The position numbers and the translations under genes are program-made. From the sequence record ON286972: 64,000 nt of DNA; one strand, written 5' to 3'. Source of the stretch: Escherichia phage A4. The notes beneath the pieces are model-generated. The model did no database searches and had not been told where the DNA came from. It saw only the letters and a program-made list of their open reading frames with translations. Below are positions 48,777 through 58,570 of this stretch, in pieces (position 1 is the first letter of the stretch; every line of letters begins with the position of its first letter).

Positions 48777-49378
48777 TTTATGCACTATACGTACTATACG
48801 TACTTGGTCTGGTTATTGGTTGGTTTTTGGCAAAATCTTACAACCGTAATGCACTGGCATACACAGTATTTGGTATTATTTTTACGCCAGTACTAGAACT
48901 AGGTTTACTCATTATTATGGGTCGCCGTGACATGACACCAGTCATTGACGATAATCGTGATAAAGCAGTACATGATGTACCCGTTTTTGAAGGATATACG
49001 CCAACTTTAACAGTTGATGACGTTTACATTGATGGTGCTGAAGAAGTTAAATCAGTTCAGGAAGAAGTTGAAGAAGTTCCAGTTAAAGAAGAACCACAAC
49101 CAAAAGCACCAACAACTAAAACAAAAGCAAAAACTTCTAAGAAAACGAAAGGTCGCAAGACTAGCACTAAAAATACCAAAAAAACCAGTACAACTCGCAA
49201 AAGCACTAAAACTGATAAGGAAGCATCTTCCAGTACTGATGATGGTACAAGCACTGTTCTACTGACAGCAGCAACAACTGCCGCAATTATCAGTACTTCA
49301 TCCTATAGCGACTCATCTTCCTCTTATGATAGTGGCTCTTGTGATAGTTCAAGCTCAAGTTCAGGAAGCTGTGATTAA
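48773..49378 (+). CDS. membrane-anchored low-complexity protein (acidic, K/T-rich and S/C-rich segments)
   Basis: Two N-terminal hydrophobic helices, then EEVKSVQEEVEEVPVKEEP, TKTKAKTSKKTKGRKTSTK, and SSSYDSGSCDSSSSSSGSCD. Confidence 0.5.
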   Translation: MIYALYVLYVLGLVIGWFLAKSYNRNALAYTVFGIIFTPVLELGLLIIMGRRDMTPVIDDNRDKAVHDVPVFEGYTPTLTVDDVYIDGAEEVKSVQEEVEEVPVKEEPQPKAPTTKTKAKTSKKTKGRKTSTKNTKKTSTTRKSTKTDKEASSSTDDGTSTVLLTAATTAAIISTSSYSDSSSSYDSGSCDSSSSSSGSCD

Positions 49379-49722
49379 TGGTTCCGTTATCATCTGAACT
49401 AAGGTACTTCGAATCTCTCCTTGATCTTCAATCAGAATTCGTTAGTGCCTTAAAAAATAAATTAATAGGCAAAAAAGTAAAATTCACTCAAGAGTATATT
49501 GACCACATCAATAAGGCTAAGGAGGATGAAGTAGATTCTGACTGGATTTATTGTGATGATGAAGCTTCTCATATCAACGAAAATACAGTTATGTTTATTA
49601 CTTTGTTGCGAGTAAAGAATTCATCAATCTATGTTGATGTGGAATATGAAAATCCAAAAAGTTCTGAATGGTACGGATTCACTTACCGTTTAGATCGTTT
49701 AGAACTAATAGAAGAGGAATAA
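49378..49722 (+). CDS. hypothetical small protein, YIGK-motif paralog family
   Basis: ..LKNKLIGKKVKFTQEY. Confidence 0.5.
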   Translation: MVPLSSELRYFESLLDLQSEFVSALKNKLIGKKVKFTQEYIDHINKAKEDEVDSDWIYCDDEASHINENTVMFITLLRVKNSSIYVDVEYENPKSSEWYGFTYRLDRLELIEEE

Positions 49723-49965
49723 ATGATTTTATTTTTTGCTTTGTATGGTGTAGGAGTACTGAGTACATTTTTGAGTACTTTTCTTATCATCAATTGGGGT
49801 TCTTTTAAAGATACCCCTACCACAATGATTAATATTAGTACCTGCTCTATGTTATCAGTACTGTGGCCTGTGTCGTTGGTGTATCTTTTCATTTCAATCT
49901 GTAAAGATTTTTACGATACACTAACAAAATTCAAGAAGAAGAAACATGACAAAGACGGAAATTGA
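49723..49965 (+). CDS. small membrane protein
   Basis: 80 aa, two or three hydrophobic helices, basic C-terminus. Confidence 0.45.
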   Translation: MILFFALYGVGVLSTFLSTFLIINWGSFKDTPTTMINISTCSMLSVLWPVSLVYLFISICKDFYDTLTKFKKKKHDKDGN

Positions 49966-50200
49966 ACAGTTAAAGATGTTACAATCGTTATCTGATGATT
50001 TTGTCCAACGTGCTAAGCACAAATATATTGGTCAAGAAATTCTTCTTAAACACTCCAGAGGTTGGCAAAAAATATGCATAAGAGATATGGGAACATATCA
50101 TGGTGATGTGCGATATTACGTAGATTGCTATGTTAATGACCAAATTGCCAATACTCAAGTTGTCACCTATGATAAAATTATATGGATTAAAGAACAATGA
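49946..50200 (+). CDS. hypothetical small protein, YIGK-motif paralog family
   Basis: ..RAKHKYIGQEILLKH. Confidence 0.5.
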   Translation: MTKTEIEQLKMLQSLSDDFVQRAKHKYIGQEILLKHSRGWQKICIRDMGTYHGDVRYYVDCYVNDQIANTQVVTYDKIIWIKEQ

Positions 50201-50940
50201 AACATTTCTTAGAAGTAACAGTTCCTGATGAAAAAGATTTGTATATAGTAGGAGACATTCACGGTAATGCAAAACTATGGGAACATACCAAGAAAGAATT
50301 TGGTATTACTCCTGAAGATTATGTATTCAGTTTAGGCGATTTAATTGACAGAGGTGAGCAAAGTGCTCACCTTTTGTTTGAGTTTTTATTCGCTGAGAAT
50401 CGATATATGATCATGGGCAATCATGAATCGATGTGTATTGATTCTGCAACTCATCGTGACTGGTATCATTGCTGGACACAGAATGGGGGCGATAAGTTCC
50501 TGGAAGAAGTTGGTGTATCAGGAGTGGAATTCTTCCGTCAGTACTTGGACCAGCTACCTATGATTATCCAAATCAATCACAGAGGACTCAAGATTGGTCT
50601 TGTACATGCAGGTGTAGATCTGAAGTACAATGACTGGAATAAGTTCATTACTGGGACAAAATCAATGTCCAGTGATACAATTGAGTCATGCCTATGGGAC
50701 AGAAAGACATTTGATTTCTGTAAAGCCAACAACGTCTTTAATGCATCACGTATTACCAACGTAGATTATGTACTTAGTGGGCATACTGCCGTGTTTGATC
50801 CCCTCATTTATGGTAACCGTATCTGGATTGACAGTCAGTTTCTTACTGGTGATTTGACTATTGCTACCCCACAAGGTGGTAAGATGCGTTATTTGCGTAA
50901 AGAAAAAGACGAATATTCATTTAGTCGATTCAAAAGGTAA
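50197..50940 (+). CDS. Ser/Thr protein phosphatase-like metallophosphoesterase
   Basis: GDIHG, GDLIDRG and GNHE calcineurin-like motifs. Confidence 0.75.
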   Translation: MKHFLEVTVPDEKDLYIVGDIHGNAKLWEHTKKEFGITPEDYVFSLGDLIDRGEQSAHLLFEFLFAENRYMIMGNHESMCIDSATHRDWYHCWTQNGGDKFLEEVGVSGVEFFRQYLDQLPMIIQINHRGLKIGLVHAGVDLKYNDWNKFITGTKSMSSDTIESCLWDRKTFDFCKANNVFNASRITNVDYVLSGHTAVFDPLIYGNRIWIDSQFLTGDLTIATPQGGKMRYLRKEKDEYSFSRFKR

Positions 50941-50945
50941 TTATT

Positions 50946-51224
50946 ATGCATGACATGATTGATAGTGCATTAACCGAATTTAACTTTTTTAAAAAATCAC
51001 TCGATGCAATAATCAATGATACCAACCAACAAATGAAAGACCATTTAAGTGATAAATTGGTTGGTCGTTGGGTTGAGCTACCATATATAGATGGAACTAC
51101 TGTTGGTGTGATTCATAGAATTGTAACAATTCATGAAGTGAAGGTGTATGTTGAAATTCTGGTTGACAATGAAACTAACAAATGTTTTGTACAATTAAGT
51201 ACTGAAGATTTAACTTTTTTATAA
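50946..51224 (+). CDS. hypothetical small protein, YIGK-like
   Basis: ..LSDKLVGRWVELPYIDG. Confidence 0.45.
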   Translation: MHDMIDSALTEFNFFKKSLDAIINDTNQQMKDHLSDKLVGRWVELPYIDGTTVGVIHRIVTIHEVKVYVEILVDNETNKCFVQLSTEDLTFL

Positions 51225-51233
51225 GGATATAAA

Positions 51234-51461
51234 ATGAAAGTAATTTATGTTCAGGTTGAAAAATATCAAACTGAAGATGGTCGCATTTTTGATTCAGCTA
51301 AACAAGCTGAGCATCATGAACGTATTATTTCTGGTGTTCGTCGCATTTGTCCTAAATGTAACGGAACACAACAAGTTCCCGATGAAGAATTTCGTCGCTA
51401 TTATGCATGTCCAGATTGTGATGGTAAAGGATATGTAGAAAAACAAGAGGTATGGAAGTGA
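51234..51461 (+). CDS. DnaJ-type zinc-finger small protein
   Basis: Two CxxCxGxG motifs (CPKCNGTQ, CPDCDGKG). Confidence 0.5.
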   Translation: MKVIYVQVEKYQTEDGRIFDSAKQAEHHERIISGVRRICPKCNGTQQVPDEEFRRYYACPDCDGKGYVEKQEVWK

Positions 51462-51871
51462 AACTATATTGCTTAACAAACATGTACTGTCAGGGTGTTC
51501 AGGCTGGAGTTCAGGCATTTCATGCTGGTATTAAACTTGTCAAAGAGTATGAAGGTTCAGTATTCAGTACTCTAATCGATGAATGGTATAATGAGCACGA
51601 AACTATTGTAATCCTCAATGCTGGCAACCAAGATAAATTAACCACTCACTATGAGAATCTATCCAAACAGGGCAAGGTTCCATTTGCTAAATTCAATGAA
51701 CCAGGTTTGAACGATACCCTCACTAGTGTAGCAGTATTATGCACTGAAGAAATGATTGATGACATGGCACTGATGCGTACTAACGACCCAATGACTGATT
51801 TACAGCTATGTCACAAATACGGTCATATGTACGAAACACTAAAAGCTATGAGTACAATGAGGACTATTTGA
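51452..51871 (+). CDS. hypothetical protein
   Basis: ORF-track ORF. Confidence 0.45.
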   Translation: MEVKLYCLTNMYCQGVQAGVQAFHAGIKLVKEYEGSVFSTLIDEWYNEHETIVILNAGNQDKLTTHYENLSKQGKVPFAKFNEPGLNDTLTSVAVLCTEEMIDDMALMRTNDPMTDLQLCHKYGHMYETLKAMSTMRTI

Positions 51872-53067
51872 TGAATTTTCCTGAAAAGATTTTCGTCGCA
51901 AGACGTTTTGTTAGTGGGGATCAGGTTGACGGATATATTATCGACGCAACTAAAATGCACACTAAAGCATTTGAAACTAAGAAAGAACGTGTTGAGTACT
52001 GGGCAAGAACCAATAATATGCCGTCACTTACACTCGACAATGAACCGAAAAAAGGTTTCGCTATTGTTCAGAAATTGATTCACAGTGGTCGCGATACTTA
52101 TTTCGTTTGCCGTCACCCAGAAGGATTTGAGTTCAATATCACTGCAAACAATATGCTGGACTTAATCACACACAATGATATCGTTAATGGTGTATTCCAA
52201 GATGCTATGTTCTTTAATAATAATCTTGAACTCATTAATGGTAATACAAAAACATTTGCTAAGATGCAAGAGAAGCAAGAGAAAGCTGAAGAACGTAAAT
52301 GCGTTGTTGGTGAGTTGAAAGTTGGTGATGGATTCCTTTATAACAAAAAAGAGTACTACTATTGTGGTCGCGTTCATGCTCTTTGTTTGAAGAAAACTAA
52401 AGAATTCTCTTTACCTAACAAAAGTTCTTTCTATCATATGGTGTATTGTATCGCTGATGGTACATATGGTGTATGTGCAAGCCTTGACCGATACGAATTA
52501 ACACCCAGAGCACTCCATAACGTTAAAACAACAATGGAAGCTGAAATTGTTAAAGCAAATGCGTATTTCAATACGTACCGAATGCGAACTGAGAACGCAT
52601 TAGGTGAATGCAATAGACCAGTACTGATCAGTACTAAATCATTTAAAAGTACTGATATGAAAGTAAAATACACTGAAATCACTAAAGACGTTCTTGTTAA
52701 TGGTCGTTTCAATGAAAACGTATTATTCATGACTGAACAGAATGGTCAAAAATATCGTGTATTCTTTGGTATTTCAGATAACAACAGCAGAAATTCTTAT
52801 GGATATTATCGCCATGATTATTCTATAGCGTACAAGGGTGATTTTGAAAAATACTGCGGATACCCAGTAGAAGTTGATGCGAATGGTGTAATGTCAATGG
52901 ATGTTGATATCGATGAACATACATCTTTCAATACATGGCGTGGTTATAATTCACCTTTCTATCCACCAACCAAACGATACAGTAATAATACATCAGAATC
53001 TAATAAAAAACCTATGGTTCATATTAGCACTGACTGTCCTATTTTTTATGGAACCTATTATCTATAA
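51871..53067 (+). CDS. hypothetical protein (~398 aa)
   Basis: ATG 51871 overlapping upstream stop (ATGA); no motif recognised; directly upstream of DNA ligase. Confidence 0.55.
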   Translation: MNFPEKIFVARRFVSGDQVDGYIIDATKMHTKAFETKKERVEYWARTNNMPSLTLDNEPKKGFAIVQKLIHSGRDTYFVCRHPEGFEFNITANNMLDLITHNDIVNGVFQDAMFFNNNLELINGNTKTFAKMQEKQEKAEERKCVVGELKVGDGFLYNKKEYYYCGRVHALCLKKTKEFSLPNKSSFYHMVYCIADGTYGVCASLDRYELTPRALHNVKTTMEAEIVKANAYFNTYRMRTENALGECNRPVLISTKSFKSTDMKVKYTEITKDVLVNGRFNENVLFMTEQNGQKYRVFFGISDNNSRNSYGYYRHDYSIAYKGDFEKYCGYPVEVDANGVMSMDVDIDEHTSFNTWRGYNSPFYPPTKRYSNNTSESNKKPMVHISTDCPIFYGTYYL

Positions 53068-53076
53068 GGGAATATA

Positions 53077-54495
53077 ATGAGCATTTTAGCAATTCTGGAA
53101 CAAATCAAAAAGACTTCAAGTACACTTGGTAAGAAAGCAATCCTTGAAGAAAACAAAAACAATGAAACACTCAAAAAAGTACTGAAATATACGCTAGACC
53201 CTACTATCGTAAGTGGCTATAAGAAGCTACCAGACGCTGCTGACGTGTATCAACATATGACGTTAGATGAAGCTATTGATAAGCTAGAATGCATCTATAA
53301 GCGTGGTGTGACGGGTAATACAGGGCGTGATTTCATTGCTTCAGTACTAGGTGCTGTTCCTGAAGATGACCAGGAAGTTCTCCGTAAAATGCTCACGAAG
53401 AACCTTGATTGTGGTATTCAGGAAAAGAACTGTAATGATGTATTCGGTAAAGGCTTCATTAAAGATGAACCTTATATGCGTTGTTCATTGATTGACAAGA
53501 AAACTGCTAAGAACATCAACTTCAAAGATTATGGTTATGCCGTTGCTGAAGTTAAGATGGATGGTCAGTACTTGAACCACGTTGTTATCAATGCATCATT
53601 AACATCCACTTCCCGTAATGGTAAGATTTATGACTTCCTCGGTTGTCGTGATGCTGAAATGGCTGGTCTTGCTCATCATATCCAACGTACAGATGAACGT
53701 TTCAGTAGTGGTGTAGTCTTTATGGGCGAGGGTTTAGTACTGGATACTGATGGGGAAACTATTCTTCCACGTACAACTGGTAACGGCATCATTCAGAAAG
53801 CTGGTAAGGATACTATCACCCAAAACGAAGCAATGCGTACTGTATTTGTACTATGGGATGTAGTGCCATACGATGCATATTGTGATGGTATCTGGGATGT
53901 AAAACGTAAGGAACGACGCGAGATTCTCGAAGGTGCAATCAATGCATTAGGTAGTGAATTCGTGCGTATGGTTGGATATCGTAAGGTGAAGGATCTCAAA
54001 GAAGCCTTTGCTTACAACTCTGAACTCATGAGTTCCGGTGAAGAAGGTTCAGTACTGAAATGTGAAGATGGTATCTGGAAATCTCATACTTCTCCTAAGC
54101 AGTTGAAAATGAAATTGAAAATGCAACTGGACTTGCGTATTGTTGGTTTCAATGAAGGTGAAGGTAAGCGTAAAGGTATGCTTGGTTCTTTACAACTGGA
54201 AAGTGCTTGTGGTACACTAAAAGTAAGCGTAGGAACAGGCATTAAAGAGAAAGATGCTGAATGGACATTTAAAACCATTTGGGAAAGAATGCAAGAACTC
54301 ATTGGTAAAGTTGTTACAATTGAGTGCAATGACGTAGTATATGATAAGCGTACTGGTGAACCGTCACTATTCTTACCAGTGTTTATTGAATTTAGATTTG
54401 ACAAAAACACTTGTGACGATTATACTCGTATCTTAGAAATTCGCGATAGTGCAGTTGAGGTCTTCTCAAACAGTATTATTGAATCACTTGGCTAA
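53077..54495 (+). CDS. 30: ATP-dependent DNA ligase
   Basis: N-terminal ILEQIKKTSSTLGKKAILEENKNNETLKKV resembles T4 gp30 as recalled; adenylation KxDG motif (KMDGQ); C-terminal LFLPVFIEFRFDK. Confidence 0.9.
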   Translation: MSILAILEQIKKTSSTLGKKAILEENKNNETLKKVLKYTLDPTIVSGYKKLPDAADVYQHMTLDEAIDKLECIYKRGVTGNTGRDFIASVLGAVPEDDQEVLRKMLTKNLDCGIQEKNCNDVFGKGFIKDEPYMRCSLIDKKTAKNINFKDYGYAVAEVKMDGQYLNHVVINASLTSTSRNGKIYDFLGCRDAEMAGLAHHIQRTDERFSSGVVFMGEGLVLDTDGETILPRTTGNGIIQKAGKDTITQNEAMRTVFVLWDVVPYDAYCDGIWDVKRKERREILEGAINALGSEFVRMVGYRKVKDLKEAFAYNSELMSSGEEGSVLKCEDGIWKSHTSPKQLKMKLKMQLDLRIVGFNEGEGKRKGMLGSLQLESACGTLKVSVGTGIKEKDAEWTFKTIWERMQELIGKVVTIECNDVVYDKRTGEPSLFLPVFIEFRFDKNTCDDYTRILEIRDSAVEVFSNSIIESLG

Positions 54496-54514
54496 ACATT
54501 TATTGGAGGTAATT

Positions 54515-55306
54515 ATGAAATTTGTCGTAACATCTGATGTGCACGGTGGCACTGATTACCTCCACAGTGGTGATTACAGTGACACAGTACTGATCATTGC
54601 TGGTGACTTTGATGAAGTTAAACGCAGCCGTTATCGTACTGGTATCGAATCACTGTGTAAGCAGTTCAAGAATGTAGTACTGGTTCCTGGCAACCACGAG
54701 TACTACGGTTCGAACATTTACAAAACGCATCAAGTACTGTCCGATATACAAGATGAGTTTCCTAATTTCATCTTTTTGCAAAACAAATTTGTATGGCTGG
54801 ATGGTGTTTTGCTCGTTGGGAGTACTCTGTGGACAGACTTTGACAAAGGTAATTCCATGACGAAGTTTGATGCTCGTCAGAAGATGAACGATTACAAACA
54901 CATCCGTCATGGAACAACATCCGAGCCTTGGCGTAAGAAACTGACACCAGAAGATACTGAGTTCATGCATCACAAAGATAAACAATTTATCAAAAATTCA
55001 GTTGACACAGTACGCTTAATGCAGGATAATGATTTCAAGGTCATCGTGATTACCCATCACGCACCGAGTTTTCAAAGTGTTTCACCAAAATATAAAAACG
55101 ATTCACTGAATGGTTGTTACTGTTCAGACATGGATCAGTACATTGAAGATTTGGGTGCTGATGTTTGGATTCATGGTCATGTTCATAGTAGCTTTGATTA
55201 CCACATCGGTAAGACACGTATCATTTGTAATCCAAGAGGTTACGAATCTTATAGTGGAGCTTGTGAGAATTTCGATTACAATCCTAAATTGGTATTCGAA
55301 ATCTAA
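54515..55306 (+). CDS. calcineurin-like metallophosphoesterase
   Basis: SDVHGG, AGDFDE, GNHEYYG, ITHHAP and GHVH motifs; ATG 54515 after GGAGG RBS. Confidence 0.7.
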   Translation: MKFVVTSDVHGGTDYLHSGDYSDTVLIIAGDFDEVKRSRYRTGIESLCKQFKNVVLVPGNHEYYGSNIYKTHQVLSDIQDEFPNFIFLQNKFVWLDGVLLVGSTLWTDFDKGNSMTKFDARQKMNDYKHIRHGTTSEPWRKKLTPEDTEFMHHKDKQFIKNSVDTVRLMQDNDFKVIVITHHAPSFQSVSPKYKNDSLNGCYCSDMDQYIEDLGADVWIHGHVHSSFDYHIGKTRIICNPRGYESYSGACENFDYNPKLVFEI

Positions 55307-55315
55307 GGGATTACT

Positions 55316-55711
55316 ATGATATATACATTGCATACAAAAGACAAAATGATCGTAATCAATGGAAGTGCTCGTATGTTCCAAAGATATGGTATGCGTCTGG
55401 TGACATATTGTGATAAAGTTCAATTCTATGATGATAAGAAAGGAATCAACTCAGTACTGAAAGATAGGTATCACTATAGTCGTGATATCCAGAGAGCAGA
55501 TGATTTGGATTCTTTTAGTGGTAAAGTGTACGTTGTTGTTTGTGATGATAGTAAAGGTGATGTGTTACCTTTCAGTACTTTTGCATGTAATATGTTCTTT
55601 AGAAATGAACTCCCTGATTCATTAAGAATGATTGAGGTTGATTTTGATACCATACCATGTGGAATTCGTTTAGAATTTCTTAACGCACTGGTATCAATTA
55701 GGGAGTACTGA
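55316..55711 (+). CDS. hypothetical protein
   Basis: ORF-track ORF. Confidence 0.45.
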   Translation: MIYTLHTKDKMIVINGSARMFQRYGMRLVTYCDKVQFYDDKKGINSVLKDRYHYSRDIQRADDLDSFSGKVYVVVCDDSKGDVLPFSTFACNMFFRNELPDSLRMIEVDFDTIPCGIRLEFLNALVSIREY

Positions 55712-56094
55712 TGAAAATTATTACTGTGTACACAATTGTATATAATAACGAAATCAAGTACGTGTTAAATGCAAACTTACACCACACTAGAGGTGAAACA
55801 AAGTTACAACAGAACAGTACTGAAATCTCTCACTACTGGCTGGATGATGATTCAGTTGAAGTGTATATTGATGGTCGTGCTGAATACTATGATGCAGTTT
55901 TCTTTGAAGATTTAGATAAATCGAACGAATTCTTCATTTATGTCAGTACTGACCAATATTATACGCATTCTTTGTTTGACATTACCAACACTTCTGTGTA
56001 TGATACATGTATGGTTAGGTTACTGAAGATAGACCCAACTCTGTACAACAAAGAAACAATTTACGGTTTACTAGATTTTACAAGAAAATTGTAG
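55711..56094 (+). CDS. hypothetical protein
   Basis: ORF-track ORF. Confidence 0.45.
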   Translation: MKIITVYTIVYNNEIKYVLNANLHHTRGETKLQQNSTEISHYWLDDDSVEVYIDGRAEYYDAVFFEDLDKSNEFFIYVSTDQYYTHSLFDITNTSVYDTCMVRLLKIDPTLYNKETIYGLLDFTRKL

Positions 56095-56119
56095 ACAAAT
56101 ACGAACACTGTGATATAAT
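56092..56119 (+). promoter_or_regulatory. sigma70-like promoter with extended -10 (TAGACA-16-TGnTATAAT)
   Basis: Hexamers in spacer upstream of the ClpP-like gene. Confidence 0.4.
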
Positions 56120-56154
56120 ACTCACATCAATGAAACAATAGAGGAAAATATACA

Positions 56155-56850
56155 ATGACTCAACAATTTATGTTTGGTGGTTATGCGAATGGTGAAACAA
56201 CTAACATTTCAATTCCATATGTAGTTGAAAAAGTTAATGGCAACGAACGTACTTATGATCTAGCATCTCGTATGATGCAAGACCGTATCATTTTCCTTGA
56301 TACTGATTTCAACGACCAGATGGCACATATCATCAAGCAACAATTGGTGTGGTTGGATTCTCAAGGTTCTGAACCAATTACTCTTTATATTTCCTCGCCG
56401 GGTGGTAGTGTTCATGCAGGTTTGGGTATTTCTGATATTGCTAAATCTTGTGTATCACCAATCCGCACAGTAGTGATGGGTTATGCAGCATCAATGGGTT
56501 GCTACACACAATCAGTAGTTGGTACTAAAGGTTATCGTCTTGGTGGTAAACGCTCGTACTTTATGTGTCACCAAGTAAGTTCTGGTACACAAGGTCTGAT
56601 CACTGATCAGAAAATTGCACTAAAACACTCTGATGCATTGAACACATTGCTGACGAAAGAAATCGCTGAAGCTGTAGGTGTTTCTCATGAAAAACTACTA
56701 GAAGATGCGGACCGCGATTTGTGGTTGAGTGCAGATGAAGCACTTGAGTATGGTGAACTTGGATTTATCGATGGTATTATCCTTGGTCCACGTAATGAAA
56801 AAGGTCAATACCTAGTTAAACGTCGCGGTGGTGTGGAAGAGTGGGTATAA
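56155..56850 (+). CDS. clpP: ClpP-family serine peptidase
   Basis: RIIFL..LYISSPGG..MGYAASMG (Ser), FMCHQ (His), DADRD (Asp) collinear with ClpP catalytic triad. Confidence 0.85.
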   Translation: MTQQFMFGGYANGETTNISIPYVVEKVNGNERTYDLASRMMQDRIIFLDTDFNDQMAHIIKQQLVWLDSQGSEPITLYISSPGGSVHAGLGISDIAKSCVSPIRTVVMGYAASMGCYTQSVVGTKGYRLGGKRSYFMCHQVSSGTQGLITDQKIALKHSDALNTLLTKEIAEAVGVSHEKLLEDADRDLWLSADEALEYGELGFIDGIILGPRNEKGQYLVKRRGGVEEWV

Positions 56851-56876
56851 TTCAGTACTAAAACTTAAAATATATT

Positions 56877-56901
56877 ATGCCTCACTATGTGGGGCATTTT
56901 C
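56877..56901 (+). terminator. rho-independent terminator
   Basis: Stem ATGCCTCAC-tat-GTGGGGCAT followed by TTTTC. Confidence 0.55.
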
Positions 56902-56913
56902 TAAGGAGTTAAA

Positions 56914-57207
56914 ATGTCAAAGAAACTTGTACGAAACTCTAGCACTGAAGAAGTTGAAATTCTTGATGATTCGGAATTCATCAGTACTGCACTAGAGCAG
57001 ATCAGTACTCAAGCGTTAGCACTAAAAGACATTAAAGAATCAGAAGACCTACTGGTTGGTATGGCTGAAATTCTTGAATTGATGCAAGAAGTTCTTATGA
57101 AGAACAATATTAAACCAATTGATGCGGTGCAATATGCTGCAAATTTGCGAGCCGAACACGGTTCATTCAACGAGAAAAAAGCTGTCAGCACAGAAGATAA
57201 GGAATAA
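56914..57207 (+). CDS. hypothetical protein
   Basis: AGGAG RBS upstream; acidic 97 aa. Confidence 0.5.
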   Translation: MSKKLVRNSSTEEVEILDDSEFISTALEQISTQALALKDIKESEDLLVGMAEILELMQEVLMKNNIKPIDAVQYAANLRAEHGSFNEKKAVSTEDKE

Positions 57208-57211
57208 TACA

Positions 57212-57658
57212 ATGGCTAATGAACAATACAAAGATGGTTATGATGCGTTTAAAAATAAACTAGTATTGTCACCAGAACAACTTAAAATGCAGCATCCAAT
57301 TTTCCGTCAAGGCTATCGTGCTGCACAAGCTGACGCAATGAAGAAAAACAATGTAACCTTCCCAACTACATTGTTTGATATTCCTAAACGTCCTGAAGTG
57401 TTTAAGGCTGATTGGACTGATATTATGGCAGCAACTAAACGACCACGTTTTGCAAAACTACATACCGACGAAGGTAAATGGCTGCTAATGGGTATCATGA
57501 AAGCTGTTGAAAAACGTGCACATACTATTGTCCGTTATCGTGATGTTGTTACTATGGTAGATGAAGCATTTGATATTGTACTTCAGTACGGCTACGATGA
57601 AGGTGTATTAACTGTTGAAGATTGTCAACAATATAACTATACACCGACCGAAAAGTGA
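57212..57658 (+). CDS. hypothetical protein
   Basis: ATG 57212 after AGGAA preferred over overlapping track start 57119. Confidence 0.5.
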   Translation: MANEQYKDGYDAFKNKLVLSPEQLKMQHPIFRQGYRAAQADAMKKNNVTFPTTLFDIPKRPEVFKADWTDIMAATKRPRFAKLHTDEGKWLLMGIMKAVEKRAHTIVRYRDVVTMVDEAFDIVLQYGYDEGVLTVEDCQQYNYTPTEK

Positions 57659-57668
57659 TTAAATAAAT

Positions 57669-57691
57669 GGGAGTCATTGTACTCCCTTTTC
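57669..57691 (+). terminator. rho-independent terminator
   Basis: Stem GGGAGT-cattgt-ACTCCC followed by TTTT. Confidence 0.6.
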
Positions 57692-57706
57692 GCATAGGTA
57701 AATTAT

Positions 57707-58060
57707 ATGAGTAAAGTTTACATTTCTGTTGATATGGATTATTCATCTGATCCTATATGGACTTCTGAAACAGGAGACTATTGGATTAATGATGATCTTG
57801 ATGGATACAAAAAACTTTTTAGTGCAGGTTTAATGCATAGCTTGTATGTTTACCAGCAAATTTGGGAGGCATCCAATTGGAGTTCATATCTGTCACCATC
57901 GGATATGATAAATGTGGAAGCACCTGGGATGTTTATGATCCAACAAGCATCACATATATTAAGTCAAGCTTGTGCAGTACAAATAAAGAAGGAGTTTCCT
58001 GACTGGCACGTCTTTTATTGGTGCGACGCAAGTAACACTAGGAAGGAGGTAATACTTTAA
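57707..58060 (+). CDS. hypothetical protein
   Basis: ORF-track ORF. Confidence 0.5.
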   Translation: MSKVYISVDMDYSSDPIWTSETGDYWINDDLDGYKKLFSAGLMHSLYVYQQIWEASNWSSYLSPSDMINVEAPGMFMIQQASHILSQACAVQIKKEFPDWHVFYWCDASNTRKEVIL

Positions 58061-58569
58061 TGATCTTTAAAATCACTAAAGAAAGCAGTATTGAGTTCTC
58101 AAAAAATATGTTTTTAATAAATGAGTACGCAAAAAATATCAGTACTGAAGCAATAGAAATAACCAAGAAATGGTACGATAATTATTTGAATACAAGAAAA
58201 TGGTATCATAAAATTAATGATTACCAGTGGTTTCTTACTACTATAACTGAGGGAGATGGACTAGTATTAAGATATAATTGTATGAATTTTAATTACATTG
58301 GACTTGATTTCAATTCAACAATTGTTGGTATGGATATTAAAAAAATTAGAAAATTAACATCAATCAATACTAAGGAAATATATGAAGAATCGGGTAAAGT
58401 TTGGGAAGCTGTAACATTTATGATTAAGCACTCGTCATTTATGTATAGAAATTATGATATTAGTATGGATTTACAAAGTCGTAATATCCCATATACTTTA
58501 GATGAAAAACAATATCATCACATGAAAATGTGTGAAGAGATGGTTGAATCTTTAAAATTAAAGGAGTGA
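58060..58569 (+). CDS. hypothetical protein
   Basis: ORF-track ORF. Confidence 0.5.
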   Translation: MIFKITKESSIEFSKNMFLINEYAKNISTEAIEITKKWYDNYLNTRKWYHKINDYQWFLTTITEGDGLVLRYNCMNFNYIGLDFNSTIVGMDIKKIRKLTSINTKEIYEESGKVWEAVTFMIKHSSFMYRNYDISMDLQSRNIPYTLDEKQYHHMKMCEEMVESLKLKE

Positions 58570-58570
58570 T

